A stretch of DNA of 61,243 nucleotides, counting the filler, from Sphacelaria rigidula (Eukaryota): the NCBI GenBank assembly GCA_964200075.2. It is 10 parts of 10 records of this genome, joined end to end, with 100 filler letters (N's around TTAATTAATTAA, not from the genome) between each part and the next. Parts side by side here need not be neighbours in the genome. Positions count along the whole stretch, not along the records: positions 24,541 to 30,575 come from CAXNAA020022662.1; positions 30,676 to 36,709 come from CAXNAA020022663.1; positions 36,810 to 42,843 come from CAXNAA020022664.1; 7 more parts are not named here. One strand, given 5' to 3'. A model generated the notes under the pieces. That model was not told where the DNA came from. It worked only from the letters and a program-made list of their open reading frames with translations, and did not search any database. Positions 25,951 through 39,252 of this stretch are shown piece after piece (the first letter of the stretch is position 1; each line of letters opens with the position of its first letter). Position numbers and translations under genes: made by a program.

Positions 25951-27965
25951 AATGTACGGATACTTACACATTTATACACACATGGTAGTTTGCGCTAATG
26001 TATAAATATTCGTATGGGGTCAAAATCATGGGGGGGGGGCGGCGTACTCATTTGTTGCTTGCCTCAGTCGTTCGACCATTGATCACGTATCCCTTTTGAG
26101 ACGGAGCCCGAGGGACGGGGGCGGGGGGTTAAGCAGCGGTAGGGCTGCATCCACAACCATTGATCACGCATCCCCCAAACCCCAAATATACCCGGGGGGG
26201 GGGGGGGGGGGGGGGGGCCCCACAGGGGATTGGGGGGGGGGGGTTCTCGCCGCCCCTGGGACAAAAAAAACAACACAANNNNNNNNNNACCACACCCGTT
26301 GCCCGCTCCCCCCACCCCCCCCAAGTGTGCGGGGGGGGGGGGGGGGGGGGGGTCGTGCCGCAACGGAGATTGTGCGGAGGGGCTTCTCGCTGACCCTGTG
26401 ACACAAACATACACACATACATGGGTTGTTTTTGGCCGAATCTAAGCCCAAGGCCAACCCAACCTCAAACCCAAACCCAAGGTGGAGCAAGTACCCATGA
26501 GCAAAGGGGGTGATGCGTGAGGTACGTACTCCAGGCTAGGGAATTCTTGTTTGGATTGAAATGGACACCGCGGAGCCCATTTACGCGAAAACGCCTGCTG
26601 GGCATCCGGGGTGAGCCCATGGGACTGTGAGCCCCGCCGAAAAAATACTGGTAAGAGATTTCACAAATTGCGGATGGATTTTGTTTTAGGATGAGCTTTG
26701 GGAACCTCCACAAGCACTGGAATATTTTCGAACAAGAATGCAAACGCACTCTCCGGTCATGATGTGTGACCTCGCTCATCTTGAAAAAAATCCATTCGAA
26801 ATTTGAAAAATCCGGCGTTTATCCAGAACGATTTCGACTTGTGTTCATTCCCGTACAAAATTCTGTTCTTGTTTGTCAGAATCCCCGGTTAACACGGAAT
26901 TGTACAAGTTGCGGATGCATTTTTTATGAGGACGAGCGAGATCACATATCACAGTCGTGAAGTGTGTTTTCATTTTGGTTTTGGAAGTCTTTTGAGGCTT
27001 ATCTTCCCCCCCCCAAAAAAAAACATCCGTATGTTATGTAATCCACCGTTAAAAGATTCCAATGTGATGATCAACACTGCACCGAAGTACGTGTCAATCA
27101 TGGATTTGCACCGCCGGGTTCGCGATCACTCGCTGGATGCTCTGCTCCTTGTGTTCTAGTGCTACAGGTACATACGCCACACATAAGACTCACGATACAG
27201 TGTGATCACAACCACGTACACACTCGGTGAGTCGAAATTCTCTGTAAAATCGTTTCAGCATTACCTCCAGGTCACTTAGCATTTCTGAGATACTACTGTC
27301 TGGGACGGTAGGCGAATGGTGCTCGAATTTTTGGAATGCGTGCACGAGACATGGAGTGCATTTGATGTATTTTCAAGTGTTTTACCCCTAACCCCCACTC
27401 GTTCACTTCGCCTAGGCGTACTTCCCCCACCTTGCGGAACACCGACGGCACCATCCCTCCAAAACCAGCATATTTCCCCTTGCCCTCCGCACAGGCGACC
27501 GCTGCTCCCCACCGTTGAGGTGGACTGCAAGAGTTAGCGGAGATATTGTTTGGATAAGGCGAAGCCGTTCAATATTAGGACTCGTAATCATCATGTATGT
27601 GGATGGTATCCTATAAAGACGAGATAGATTGCAACATACGTCTATCCAGGAGAACTCACCACGCACCCTTTATTTTACTGCCAGGTGCATTTACGTTTAT
27701 TCATCACCTGCATGGTTTTTCCTCAACCGTGTGACTGGTACTAGTACAACAGTGCAGGGGTGGCCGCTGGTACGTGTTATCTTCATTTTACAACCTGGAC
27801 AAAAGGTGATATTGGCAAGAAGTCTACTGCATGCGGTGTCGGTTATTGCGCCATTGTAGCGATATTCGATACTGTATGTAGTGCACTTCTTGCCAATGTA
27901 ATCTATTGCCCGGGGTATGCTGCATTTTAGAGTGTCTCCAAGGGATATTGTTAGGGGTGTTGTTA

Positions 27966-28231
27966 GGGGTGTTACTGACGAGACTGTTTTTCAGGCGAAA
28001 TCTCCGACTTTCTTGGTAGAACGTACAATACTCTCCGAAAAATATGAGATCAGGTTTTTTAACCAGGCCAGGCGATAATGACTTTGAGAGACTACGAACC
28101 ACAGGTTACCCCGAAAACCTATCGTCCGACTTTTCGCGGCGTATTTTTTTACACCTCCGAAAAAGTCAATTTATTATTGTTTCGAAAAAGTCGGAATAGT
28201 CTGAAAAAACAGTCTCGTTAGTAACGCCCCT
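27966..28231. mobile_element. MITE (GGGG termini after TTA, Harbinger-like), followed by a partial tandem copy to ~28470
   Basis: TIRs AGGGGTGTTACTGACGAGACTGTTTTT / AAAAAACAGTCTCGTTAGTAACGCCCCT. Confidence 0.75.
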
Positions 28232-28512
28232 TCTTCGCGGGATTTTTTCAATCGGAATTCCCGAGTTTCGCGGGGGGGAAAACTCTCTTTCCGAAAATGT
28301 AAGAGCAGATTTCTAAACCAGGTCAGGCATTATTAAATCGGTTCAAGACTGACTATACAAATTACTCCGAAAATCTAGCGTCGGGTTTTTTCCAGGCAAT
28401 TCGTTTTGGACAATTCGGCAAAAACTCGACTTTTTCGGGAAAAGTCTGCAAAGCCTGCAAAAAATCCGGTGATGAGGGTCCATATCAACGTCTTTCAACA
28501 CGGGATTTTACA

Positions 28513-28913
28513 AATTGGGGATGGATCTTTTGTTGGGGATGAAAACCCGTAGAATTAAAATCTTTGTGTCCACACCAAATCTCCGAAGTATGCTTCCATT
28601 TCTTCACTTGCTGGTAGCTATTGACAACTACTACACGCCATACAAATTTTGGATTTCGATAACCGAAATGTCGGGGTCCTGGGTGAAAAACCAATTTGGG
28701 GGGATATCAGGTGTCCGATCGGACGCCAAAATTGGTTCTTCACCTAGGACCCCGGTATTTCGGTGATCGAAATCCAAAATTTGTATGGCGTGTAGTAGTT
28801 GTCAATGGCTACCGGAAAGTGAAGACATGGAAGCATACATAGAAGATTTGGTGTTGATATGAAGATTTTAATCCTCCGAGTTTTCATCCCCAATAAAAGA
28901 TCCATCCCCAATT
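28513..28913. mobile_element. ~400-bp foldback MITE
   Basis: Arms of ~185 bp (TTGGGGATGGATCTTTT...ACTACTACACGCCATACAAATTTTGGATTTCGAT and its reverse complement) around a ~30-bp spacer; second copy of the arm at 61193-61243. Confidence 0.88.
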
Positions 28914-31254
28914 ATCTGTAACATTCTATGTGTTTTGCCCTTTTTCCCGACCATTTTCCGACCATTATCCCAAAAAAAACTGAAGAAAAAAAACAATGCT
29001 AGATTCTCCAAGTGAAATACTTAATGTAATCAGTTAAAAATTGTTCCATTTCTTGATCTGGATGGGAATTTTCCCGCATATTTTTCGGAGATGATGAGGT
29101 CCCTGCCTCTCGCCCCCCCCCCCCTCCCACCTAAAAAAATAAATAAACAAAAACACATTAAAAAAAAAAATAAACANNNNNNNNNNATTAATAATTTAAA
29201 AATTTTTCCATTTTTTGATTTGGGTGGGAATTTTCCCCCCTATTTTTCGGAGAAAATGAGGGCCCCCCCCCCCCCCCCCCTCGAAATAATATGAAAATTC
29301 TAACAAAATAATTATTAATAACAACGCTAAGGGTACAAAATTCTCTGATAGGGTGCGTTCGCTCTAATGTATATCTGGCAATCATCAACGGTGCGCGCGA
29401 ATGGAAATAAGTGTACATTTCCGGCGGTATTTTTTGGCGTATACTACTGTGCGCCTGAACTATTTATTGTTCGGAAGGGTGTTTTACCGCGACCACTGTT
29501 CGATAGAACTCGAAAGTGCTGTACATAGCGTCGGTAGGGTTTGGTTTAATGAGAAGAATGTCTCCCCCCCCCAGCGCTAAAGTCAGTGCTACTTGGCGGT
29601 GTTATCGGGCGACACGAGAAGATACCCTGTTTATCATCATAGTTAGAATGTTGTTGACCATGAAAAACAGTTACTCGGCTAGTGCGATAAGTAGACAGCG
29701 AACACAAGGGGCAGCTCTCCGAAGTAAGTGCTGGGTTGCTGTCCGAATATTTCGGACTTCCCCAAAAATGAAGCCGAAAAAACATCGAACAGCACCACGT
29801 ATCGTTTTTGGATAAGTCGGAACGCAGAGTTTGAAAGTCCGAACATTTCTGACATCTCTGCAAAAACGACGAAACTATTTGTTCGGGAGACGTTAGATAT
29901 TTTTCGGCTTGTAGGACTTTGCATCCAGGTTTACTGTTTTTGTGGAGATGCCAGAAATATTCGGGCTTCTCGCGGCCTGAGTTTTCCCTCCACAGCTTCA
30001 ATATTCTTGGAGAATGAGAGTCCGAAAAACTCGGATCGGAACGCAGCACCTCGGAGCAGTGCCCTGTGCGTACGCTGTGGTGCTCGCAAGAGTTCGATAG
30101 AGTGGTGCTACGGCAGGGTTGCACTTTTTAAGCGAAAATGTTTCTCGGGATGTTGCAAGGATCATTTTGAGAATCGGCATCATTTTGAAGACTGAAAATG
30201 ATGCCGATTCACGACAAGGCCCCTGTGTGCATTCCCGTGTCCTGTCCCCGGAGATTTGGGTTGCACAGTAAGCCCCATATATTTGGGCTCCTCCTACAGA
30301 AACGAGGCTCAGAAACAAAAATTGCAAGCCCTATCGTAGCACTGCTCGATAGTCATCACGTACCTTGCCAGGCCCGGACACTTCGCAGATGTCCGGAAAT
30401 CAGTAGATTGATAACGAGGGACTCAAACAGCCTGGATCCGTTTTTGAGGTTCAAAATTTGTGTGAGGTTCAACTCAAAAGCCGTGCTTTCCCTGACCTAA
30501 ATTCATGACCACCAATGAACAGCCGATTCTCGAAAATGGGGTTGAAAAAATAAATGAGGTTAAACTCAAAAGCCGNNNNNNNNNNNNNNNNNNNNNNNNN
30601 NNNNNNNNNNNNNNNNNNNTTAATTAATTAANNNNNNNNNNNNNNNNNNNNNNNNNNNNNNNNNNNNNNNNNNNNCCCCACGCCCAAGGTGTCTGGACAG
30701 CATACCCGCCCATTTTTTTTCATTTTCACAAGTGTTACTGGGCTGAACTATGGCGCCGAAAATGAGAGCCTGTGAGAGTACCCTTTTTTGTAAGCAAACC
30801 AGGAGGGTACACCCTGCCCTCTGCTAAAGAGTTATATCTACCCTTTTTTGCTCTCCTGTTGACCCTCTTTTGTGAAGTGGTGACCCTTTTTTGTGCAGTG
30901 GTGACCGTACCGCCGTCGCAGCACAAGTTACGCCGAGCAGTCACAACCATAGTCATTTTCGGTGAAATTATACCTCACCAAAAAAGGCCGAAACCCAACA
31001 ACCAGAAGAGTCCAGCCCCCCTGTTGGTCGATCTAAAGACCCGGAAGATCCAACGATGCATACGGATGTCGCTTGTGTGCCGGAGCTCACAAAGATCAAA
31101 CGAGCATGGGTGAACATCTTGCCGACACACCAGCCCGAAGGGCATCATGCGGAGACAACATCAGACCGGCCTTAGGGCGTAATACGTCGAAGAAAGGACG
31201 AAAAAACATCTTCACAGGGCGTTGTTTTTGTTTGCCATTAGAAGCGGCCTGTAA

Positions 31255-32660
31255 GACCGTTCCTCATAGCAGACAAAGATATGTATCCGGAAAAGTGCCT
31301 TTTGGGAGCTTCCAAGTCGTTTCACGCCCTAAAAGAAAGCTAGGCAGATTTTGACAACTTGGAATGACTTGCGGTCCTCATTGAGACAGTTCCAGCACGC
31401 CTGTGCGTTTTTGCGGCGACCGCAGTTTCTTTCTTGTCCAAACTTGCATTTTTGTCAGGCCGCTCCTTATAACAGACCAAAATAGAAAACTGGAAGAGCG
31501 CCTTTTTTTAGCTTCTGCGTCGTTTCACGCCCCAAAAAAGAGCTGGGGGGAGTTTGACACCTTGGAATGAGTTGCTTTAGCAGGTGAGGCGATTCCAGGA
31601 CATCCTCCCATTTTCCGGTGGCCGCAGTTTTTATTTTGACCACACAAGATTTTTTGTCGAAGAACGGTAAAAAACAGTCAAACGTAGAAAAAACCGTCAC
31701 TTTTCTCTGGATTCGACCGTTTTTTACCGTTCTTGGACAAAAAATCTTGTTCGGCCAAAACGAAAATTGCGGCCAACGGAAAACGGCAAGATGTCCTGGA
31801 ACCGCCTCAACTATAATAGTAGAGCAAGTCATTCCAAGGTGTCAAAGTCCGCCTAGCTCTTTTTCGGGGCGTAAAACGACCTAGAAGCTAAAAAAAAAGC
31901 ACCTTTCCAGATTTTGATTTTTGTCTGTTATAAAAAGCGGCCTCAAAGATCGCTCATTTTTCTCGGAGATCGGTCAAGTCCACATAAATATGTTTTTCTG
32001 CACTTGGCCGGTTCCCGAGAAAAATGAGCGATCTCTTAGAAAAATGCCAAGTCTGGACAAGAAAGAAACTTCGGCCGCCGGAAAAATGCACAGGCGTGCT
32101 GGAACTGTCTCAACGAGTACCGCAAGTCATTCCAAGTTGTCAAAATCTGCCTAGCTTTCTTCTAGGGCGTGAAACGACTTGCAAGCCCCCAAAAGGCACT
32201 TGTCTGGATATATATTTTTGTCTGCTATATTCATCAGAGGAGCGACCTTAGGTCTCTCGGTGGCCGCATTTTTGTTTTGGCCAAACTTGCCATTTTCTCT
32301 AGACTTGGTCGTCTCTGGGCAAAAACGATCGTTTGGCCAAAATCAGGGCTGCGGCCACCGGAAAACGCAAACATGTCCTGAAGCCGTCTGAACGAGTAGA
32401 GCCAGTCATCCCAAGTTGTCAACCTCCGCCTAGCTCTCTTCCAGGGTGTAAAACGACGAAGACCAAAATAGCATTCTTACAGCGCTTTTTTCTTGTTTGC
32501 TATAAGGAGCGACTTTGCAACCGTCTCAACGAGTACAGCAAGGCACTCCAAGGTGTCAAAATCCGCCTAGCTCTCTGTTGGGGCGTCAAACGACGTGGAA
32601 GCTCCAGACAGGCACTTTTCCAGATTTTTACTCTTGTCTGCTATGGGAAGCGACCTTAAT
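31255..32660. mobile_element. Nested cluster of PIF/Harbinger-like foldback MITEs; inner element 31458-31942 with TCA target-site duplication
   Basis: TCA|GGCCGCTCCTTATAACAGAC ... GTCTGTTATAAAAAGCGGCC|TCA lies between the inverted arms (31255-31454 / 32040-32247) of a related outer element; more partial copies to 32660. Confidence 0.88.
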
Positions 32661-33200
32661 CCACATTTTTTCTTGAAAAAAAAGTGCGGTGGGGATATGT
32701 TGAGCGTAGTCGTTCATTTCGCGCGAGTTGGCTCCAAACGAGTTTGAGAACGTTCGATCGAGAAAAATACTGAAATCTGTGAATCGATGATTGCTCGCTT
32801 GTCTATACAGTACAGGCAGTTGAGGGCTACTACGGTAGGGGTGCACAAAAAAAACTGATCCGGGTACTGAATCGAGATATGTCGACTAAACCGAACTCAC
32901 ACCGTTGCTCGGAGGATGAACTTGCGTCTGGACGCAGTTGTTGGGGCCTTCGGGCGGGACAGGTGTGTATGAATTTGGAGGCATCTTCCTGATTTGGTCC
33001 CCTCGCGGGTGAGGGCGTCGAGCTGACGTGTGCGTTCCCTGCGGTCATATCGGGGTCAGTTGCAATGTATATCTCCGAGAAGATGCTCCTTGTATACGAC
33101 GCTCAAAACAACACGAACCCATTTCGTGCTGCTGTCCGCCGATGCCTGAGCCCCACCCGCTCAGCGTACTACAGCATGCGTGCGCAGCTCCTTGTATCCA

Positions 33201-33515
33201 TTTTTTATTTTTTTGTCGCACGTTGAACCCCTCCTCCTCGGGACAAGTCTGTGGTCTACTCGTCTCAAGGGATCAACCCATCTCTCCCCGGTACACGCCT
33301 TGCATTTGGGTCTCGCGGATTGGATCAACATTCCCGCACCGTGTCAACTCTCGTCCAACAACCCCAGACAACTACTTTTGATTTACTCACGTCCTCACGC
33401 TTTCCACAGTGGAAATCAGATAATACGAAGGACCCCCCCCCCCGACACATCGGGGATTGAACCCTCGCCCTCTCCGCCCTAATGGCGACAGTTGGACCAC
33501 TACACCGCCGGGCCG
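33201..33515 (-). mobile_element. tRNA-derived SINE family A, near full length (~310 bp)
   Basis: Minus strand CGGTGTAGTGG (A box), GGTTCAATCCC (B box), body shared with three other copies, A-rich tail (T tract 33201-33214 on +). Confidence 0.82.
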
Positions 33516-36014
33516 CGGCGGTCCACTGGCCACTGCACTATAATATCAGGTTCCGCCATATGCAAAACCAACCCTCCCCTTGCATGAAAGCTATCATTTG
33601 CCGTCCTATTGAACGTACCATAGAAAATGTCGTTTGCCCCATCTGTCGCACACTTCGAGTCATTTTTTTGTCGGGAAGAATCGACCGCACTAGAGGCGTG
33701 TCTCGGCACGTTGTGTTTCGATCGAAAGTGTGCGGTGGAAAAGGAAATTCCGATTTGATAGATCGTGGTTTCAACCATCGTCATTTATGTTGAAATCTCG
33801 ACTCATTAAACCAATTCTCACACAAAAATCCTACTGAAAACTGCCTTTTGGGCCCTTCTCCGTCGATTTACGCCCGAAAAGAAGGCTACGCGGATGTTAA
33901 CACCTTGGAAAATGCCTAAGTTTTCGCCAACGAAAAATAAACACATCATACCCAGCTGCTGCAGTGTATCTATTTCTGTGCTCAACTCGTACTCTATGCT
34001 GCACGGTTGCGATGGTAGGTGCGCACGAGTTATGTGGGGTTAGCATGGTGCTGTGAACGGGTGATATTTGGCGTGGTGGTCTTCGACATAGGATTCTAGT
34101 GCCCCTTCGTACCTTTCCTCCGCATGTGTTCGATCGAGGAAGCTTAGCTTCATTATATTGTACTCTCCGCCCGCGCGCCACTAATTATGACACAGCTGAA
34201 GTCAGCTAGGAACAGAAATGCGGTAAACCTATCAGATCGAAAAAAATATTTTTCGAAATAGTGAAAAATATACCAAGACAAGCCCTAATAGGACTTGTAT
34301 AAACGGAATCAAAAGAAGCGGTGGTCACATTTCACCTGGAGGATCGTGCGGTGTGACTATATGCTGCGGCCGAAGAAGGTGATCTCCGGTTCTTCGTGAA
34401 GAAGGTCGCTGCCGTGACCCTACGGCCGAAGGGTTTCCAAAGCGCGAGGCGTACTTTTTCTCGCCATGAGTGGCCTTGAACCTGGATGGTGCATGGGCAG
34501 TGGACAGGACCTGTATGAAGGGCCCTCCTTGGTTGTTACGGTGGCTCTATTTTCGAGCTCTCTCTGACGTATGACCCCCGTAACCGAGGGCATCAGAGAT
34601 CCGTTCGCACAGGTGTGAGAGTTTTGGGGTCCCTCACTCATGTCACTGGTGGGCCAATCTTCTGTGATGTACTCCTCTCCGGTTCACATGTGTATACAGG
34701 TGTTCATTATGCTCATACATATAGTAGTTTGGCGTCCACGTTGTAAGTTCTATTGTGCAGCAAAGCAAGAAGCGCACACCGGGGAGACATTGCACGAGTA
34801 CTCTCCGAGTAGCACAATAACAACAGGCTTCTCGGCAACCGGGGAATCATTTGCTGCCACTTTGGTGCACCGCCCTGCACTGTAGTATTGTGACAGCATT
34901 TAGCAACCAACCAGCTCTATTTTGCACCATCGGTGTATCCTCCCTAACATATCACAAGTTCGATACCTGGCTCGCTCCGACACTCAAAAATCACGTTGTC
35001 AATGTTTTCACGTACGGCGTACATGAGTTCAAGATCGAACACCGAACAATGACGATTGAATATTTCCACCCGTCCTCTACTGCAACCACGTGTACAACTC
35101 TTGCGGCACCCGCTATTGAAACTGGAATGGCCACATCATGTTTTGCGATTTGAAAATGTCAGTCGGTGTCAACAGAGCGTCGGAACTGGTACGCAAAACG
35201 GTATCATTCAATTTGAGCCCCTTTCGAGCCCTACCGACCATGGTGATTTCTAAACCAGGAACCACCAGATGATCGTCCGGGCATCGACTCGAAGCTGATA
35301 CATTTATCTCGAGGTGCGAGGTGGTCATGAACGTTGGGATTTTAGCTCGGGAGAGTTTATTGCGCGAAGAACACTGAAGTTGAAAGGAAGTACAGTGACT
35401 AGCAGAACCATTGGACGAAGCCGTCAGAGCACGGCGATGTTTTGTGCTTACCTATCGACTGGAGACAAATCCTCGGTAAAATATCAAGATTCATTTCACT
35501 TTCACGTCAGAAGATCTTGACCTCTTGACAACGCGTTCATATTTTATCTCGACGCTCCTTGGAGGCATGGTCTCTCGCTGTGCTAAACACATCGTGTGTT
35601 GATTCCCCCGCGTATCGCACCGTTCTGTATCTGCACGTACAGGTGTTGAACGCGAGAGTGTACGATGTGGCAATTGACAGCCCACTGCAAGAGGCGGTCA
35701 ACATGTCCCGCGAGGTCAACAACCATGTGTTACTAAAGGTGAGTGCAAACTCCTAAACAACCCTCATAGCTGTCCGTTGTAACCTCCATCCACAGTTGAT
35801 TGCAAATTTGCATTTTTTTGCTTGCATTTGGCGAGGGTGAAGTTCGATGACGTGTTCAACGTCATTCATGAAATATGTTTTCGCGACCTTTTGTTGATAC
35901 GTGGAAGTTCTACACGTCCATTCGAGACATACAGGTCGACCTCGCTACACTCTGAGAAAGGTACACCGGATTGCCTCGACATGGACACGCCTTCCGCTAC
36001 CCTAGGAGCGTGAT

Positions 36015-36709
36015 GGGCGTGCTCATTTGTTGCTTGACTTGGTGGTTTGACCGTTGACCACGCACCCCTTTCGAGACGAGTCACCGTTCCTACTCCTGAT
36101 AGAGACACCTCTAACATTCTGGCGCTCATTACGTTTCTTCCATAGCTCATTACGTTTCTTCCATACATTACACAAAAATATTGAACATATCTTATGCCCG
36201 TCCTGTTTCGCCGTATTTGGCCACCATCTATCCCCTATTATAACCACCATTTTCTCCCTACTGTCTAATGCATCGAGCGATTTCATTCTATCTTTGTTCA
36301 CGTCCCGCATTTCCCCCTCTAGCACGTCCCGTTCCCCCTTGTATAGTCCACATTCTGCCACTATATGACTCCTGCTCTCTATTCCTTTGCCACAGAGGCA
36401 GTTATGTCCATCTACTTCCTCCTCCACACGACGACTGGCGAATCTCTTTCTTCTTTTTGGCAGGTCCAGGTCCCCCACCCGAAATCGCACGTTCATATTT
36501 TTCGCAGCGTCCATTGGGCCATGCAAATATGATTTTATCCTTATCCCCTCTCTCAACCCCCCGTATGTCTCCAGGTACTCTTCCTCGTCTACTTTACGTC
36601 TGAGCGCTCCTTTTCCCCTCATATCTATAATATCTCTTACTTTTGCCTTGTACCCTGCGTCTTCATCTATGGACAGTATTTCGTCTTGGTTTCATCTTCT
36701 CTAGTTCCA
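36015..36709 (-). mobile_element. 3' end of a non-LTR retrotransposon (LINE) ORF with CCHC zinc motif, degenerate
   Basis: ORF 36023-36622: YLHGPMDAAK...RFRVGDLDL...CLCGKGIESRSHIVAEC (C-x-C-x8-H-x4-C)...FLCNVWKKR, typical of the post-RT region of LINEs; in-frame stop upstream and a 21-bp internal duplication. Confidence 0.82.
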
Positions 36710-37419
36710 NNNNNNNNNNNNNNNNNNNNNNNNNNNNNNNNNNNNNNNNNNNNTTAATTAATTAANNNNNNNNNNNNNNNNNNNNNNNNNNNNNNNNNNN
36801 NNNNNNNNNGACTCTGTGAGCTTACAGCGCTGTCCGAAACCGCCATTTCTACATATTTTTTAGGGGGGGGGGGTGACATCACGGAAAGCAGCAGTTTCGG
36901 TCGGCGCTGCAAGCTCACAGAGTCGGTAAAATGCGCTGAAAAAGTACCTACGCGATCATGGGGCATTAGGTCGACAAAGAAGTCGTTGGGCACCATCGCT
37001 GAAAGTGTGGAGAAAGTAATGTTTTGGGCTCGAACCTCATTTCATTGATGAACCTCATTTTATAGAATCCTCTGTTAATGGTTTCGTGAGATTGACAGTA
37101 GGGCGTTGATTGAGAGTGGGTTTTATCATTCGCTTCAAGTTTGCCAATTATTCATTCCACGTTTACTTTTCGTTGCCTACATCATTGGCGTGTGCTTACA
37201 GCTACACGTCGATAACCTACCGAGGGATATCAAGGATTTCAGACCATCGCTGCTTCCTTTCTTTTTTCCTTTCTGAGGTCATTGCTTTTTCTTTTTCTGT
37301 TTCTTCCCTTCTTTTTTCTTTCCTCAATCATTCTGTTTTTTTTTTGCCGCTCCCGACCACGGGCTGGATTGTTGCAATCAGCTAATCTAATGTGAGAGAC
37401 CGATAATCAATCAACATTT

Positions 37420-39252
37420 TTTTTTTATGGCAGTCACCAATCTCAATATTTTTCACATCGGGGGGAAAAAAATCGGGGAACGCATTTCATGGACCAAATC
37501 GGGGGCCCGAAAATATCGGGGTGTTGCGATCTCAGAACGATTTGTCTCGAGTTGTTTTTAAGAGATTGGGAGATCAGTCCGATATCGTGACTCTCCCCGA
37601 TTTTGAGGAGATGGCGTACGTGCATTGACGTACAATGGTAGGGTAAGAGGCGTTTGATACTTTCGCAATCGCAGCAGAAGACAGTCTCAACAATGATTTC
37701 GTGAGATTGAGAGTAAAGGATACGAGTGAGAGTGAAAAGCGGTCAGTTAGTGAATGAATCGTTTCAGTTACGAAATGCCCCTTCACGAGGTCCAATCTGT
37801 TTACTGTGGTAGCTTGCCTCTGAGACCTTTGATATCCCTGAGTAGGGTATCGACATGCACACGCCAATGATGGAGGCAAAGAGAAGCACACAAGGAAAGA
37901 AATAATGTGTGAGTTACAGCGAATAATCAAAGTCACTCTCAATCAGCGCTCTACTCTCAATCTCACGAAAACGGTGTTTCTCGTGGCAGCGCAGGGCGTG
38001 CCTGCCCGCACCAGCTGCTGAAGCAGCTTTGCACGGGGTTTGACAAACGGATAATGAGTGCTGACACCGTACCCTGCGGCGATGGTGATATTTTATGCTG
38101 CGCTGCGCTGCCACATGTATCACTATTATACCAAACGGTACTGTACTCCCCTCGTCTGTTGTCGCTGTACTTGAGGGGTGGCGTATGGCACTGCACTACT
38201 GAACTCTGCTCGCGCACTGATTGTTCACTTTTCTCGTGATACCGACGGTGCCGTCATCATGCACTTTACCACACGGCATGATTGTGCACTGTATTAAATG
38301 GGGGTGTTATGCATTGTATTACCCGAGGGAACCAAGGTACGGCACTGTACTCGAAGGATTATTCACCGCCTGCCTGTTCTTCGGCTTCATGCACAAGTAC
38401 GCAATACCACACTCGTGCAGAAAATGGCCGTCGGTGTACAGAGCTTTGCCACAAATTTATGATATCGTCTGTACCATAATACGGTCCCCTCCCCCGATTT
38501 TGAGTTCGCGAATTAGCGGTGTCTAAAAAAATCGACATTCGTTGCCATAAAAGATGGTCTTACACGTTGTCTCATTGACGGGCAACAGTGATTTATACAT
38601 TTTTTCTTCATACTACTGTCGATGCTGTCATATCCTTTCATAGGTAGTTATTGATTCTGCAGGATCAGTGTCTTCTGCCTCGCTGAGATCCTTCATTTTC
38701 GGTCGAGTTTTGTCCATGTTCGAAGGTTAAAATGAGTTCATTTTGGGCAGATATCTGAGACGCGGAGGATGGGTGGAAGATGACGGTTATTCTTTAGTTC
38801 TGTACGATCAGTGTCTTCTGCCTCGTTTCGATTCTTGATTCTCGTTCAGGGTTTGTCTTTTTATGAAGGTTGAACGCGTTCATTTCGCGTGGATTTCCCG
38901 GACGGCGAATGGGTGGAGCTTCACGCTTATCGTTTTTGTTGTGCAGGACCAGTGTCTTCTGCGTCCTTCCGGCTCTTTTTTGGTCAGGTTTAATCGTCGT
39001 CGACGATGTTTGAAAGTCCAAAGAGGCAGAAAGAAGAGAACGAGTTATCTCTGGATCTTATCTTCGCCTCTAAGCACTCCTGTACGTGGGCGACGGCTGA
39101 TGTCGGTTGCAACACTCCACATCATCCTTTGCCTTGGGTAACGCTCCATTGAGCGCGGCCGCGAAGCGCCAAAAACCTTGTATTATTCTTATTCATTAAG
39201 TTTGTCCGCGTTCCGGGTCTCTAGACGCAGGTGCAAGAATCACGGGGCATGA
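37420..39252 (+). repeat. Copy 1 of a diverged direct duplication (copy 2 at 41303-42843)
   Basis: Colinear from ttttatggcagtcacc through gcgaagcgccaaaaaccttgtatta to cacggggc.tgag in both copies. Confidence 0.9.
37689..37978. mobile_element. 290-bp MITE with AACA termini and 4-bp TSD (TCTC)
   Basis: TCTC|AACAATGATTTCGTGAGATTGAGAGTA ... TACTCTCAATCTCACGAAAACGGTGTT|TCTC; the paralogous empty site agacagTCTCgtgac is at 41546-41560. Confidence 0.9.

Noticed and set aside
27976..28000. Hammerhead-like CTGACGA...GAAA core
   Set aside because: It lies inside a MITE TIR whose partner arm reads CTAACGA, stem II is mismatched, and no stems I and III with a cleavage triplet were found.
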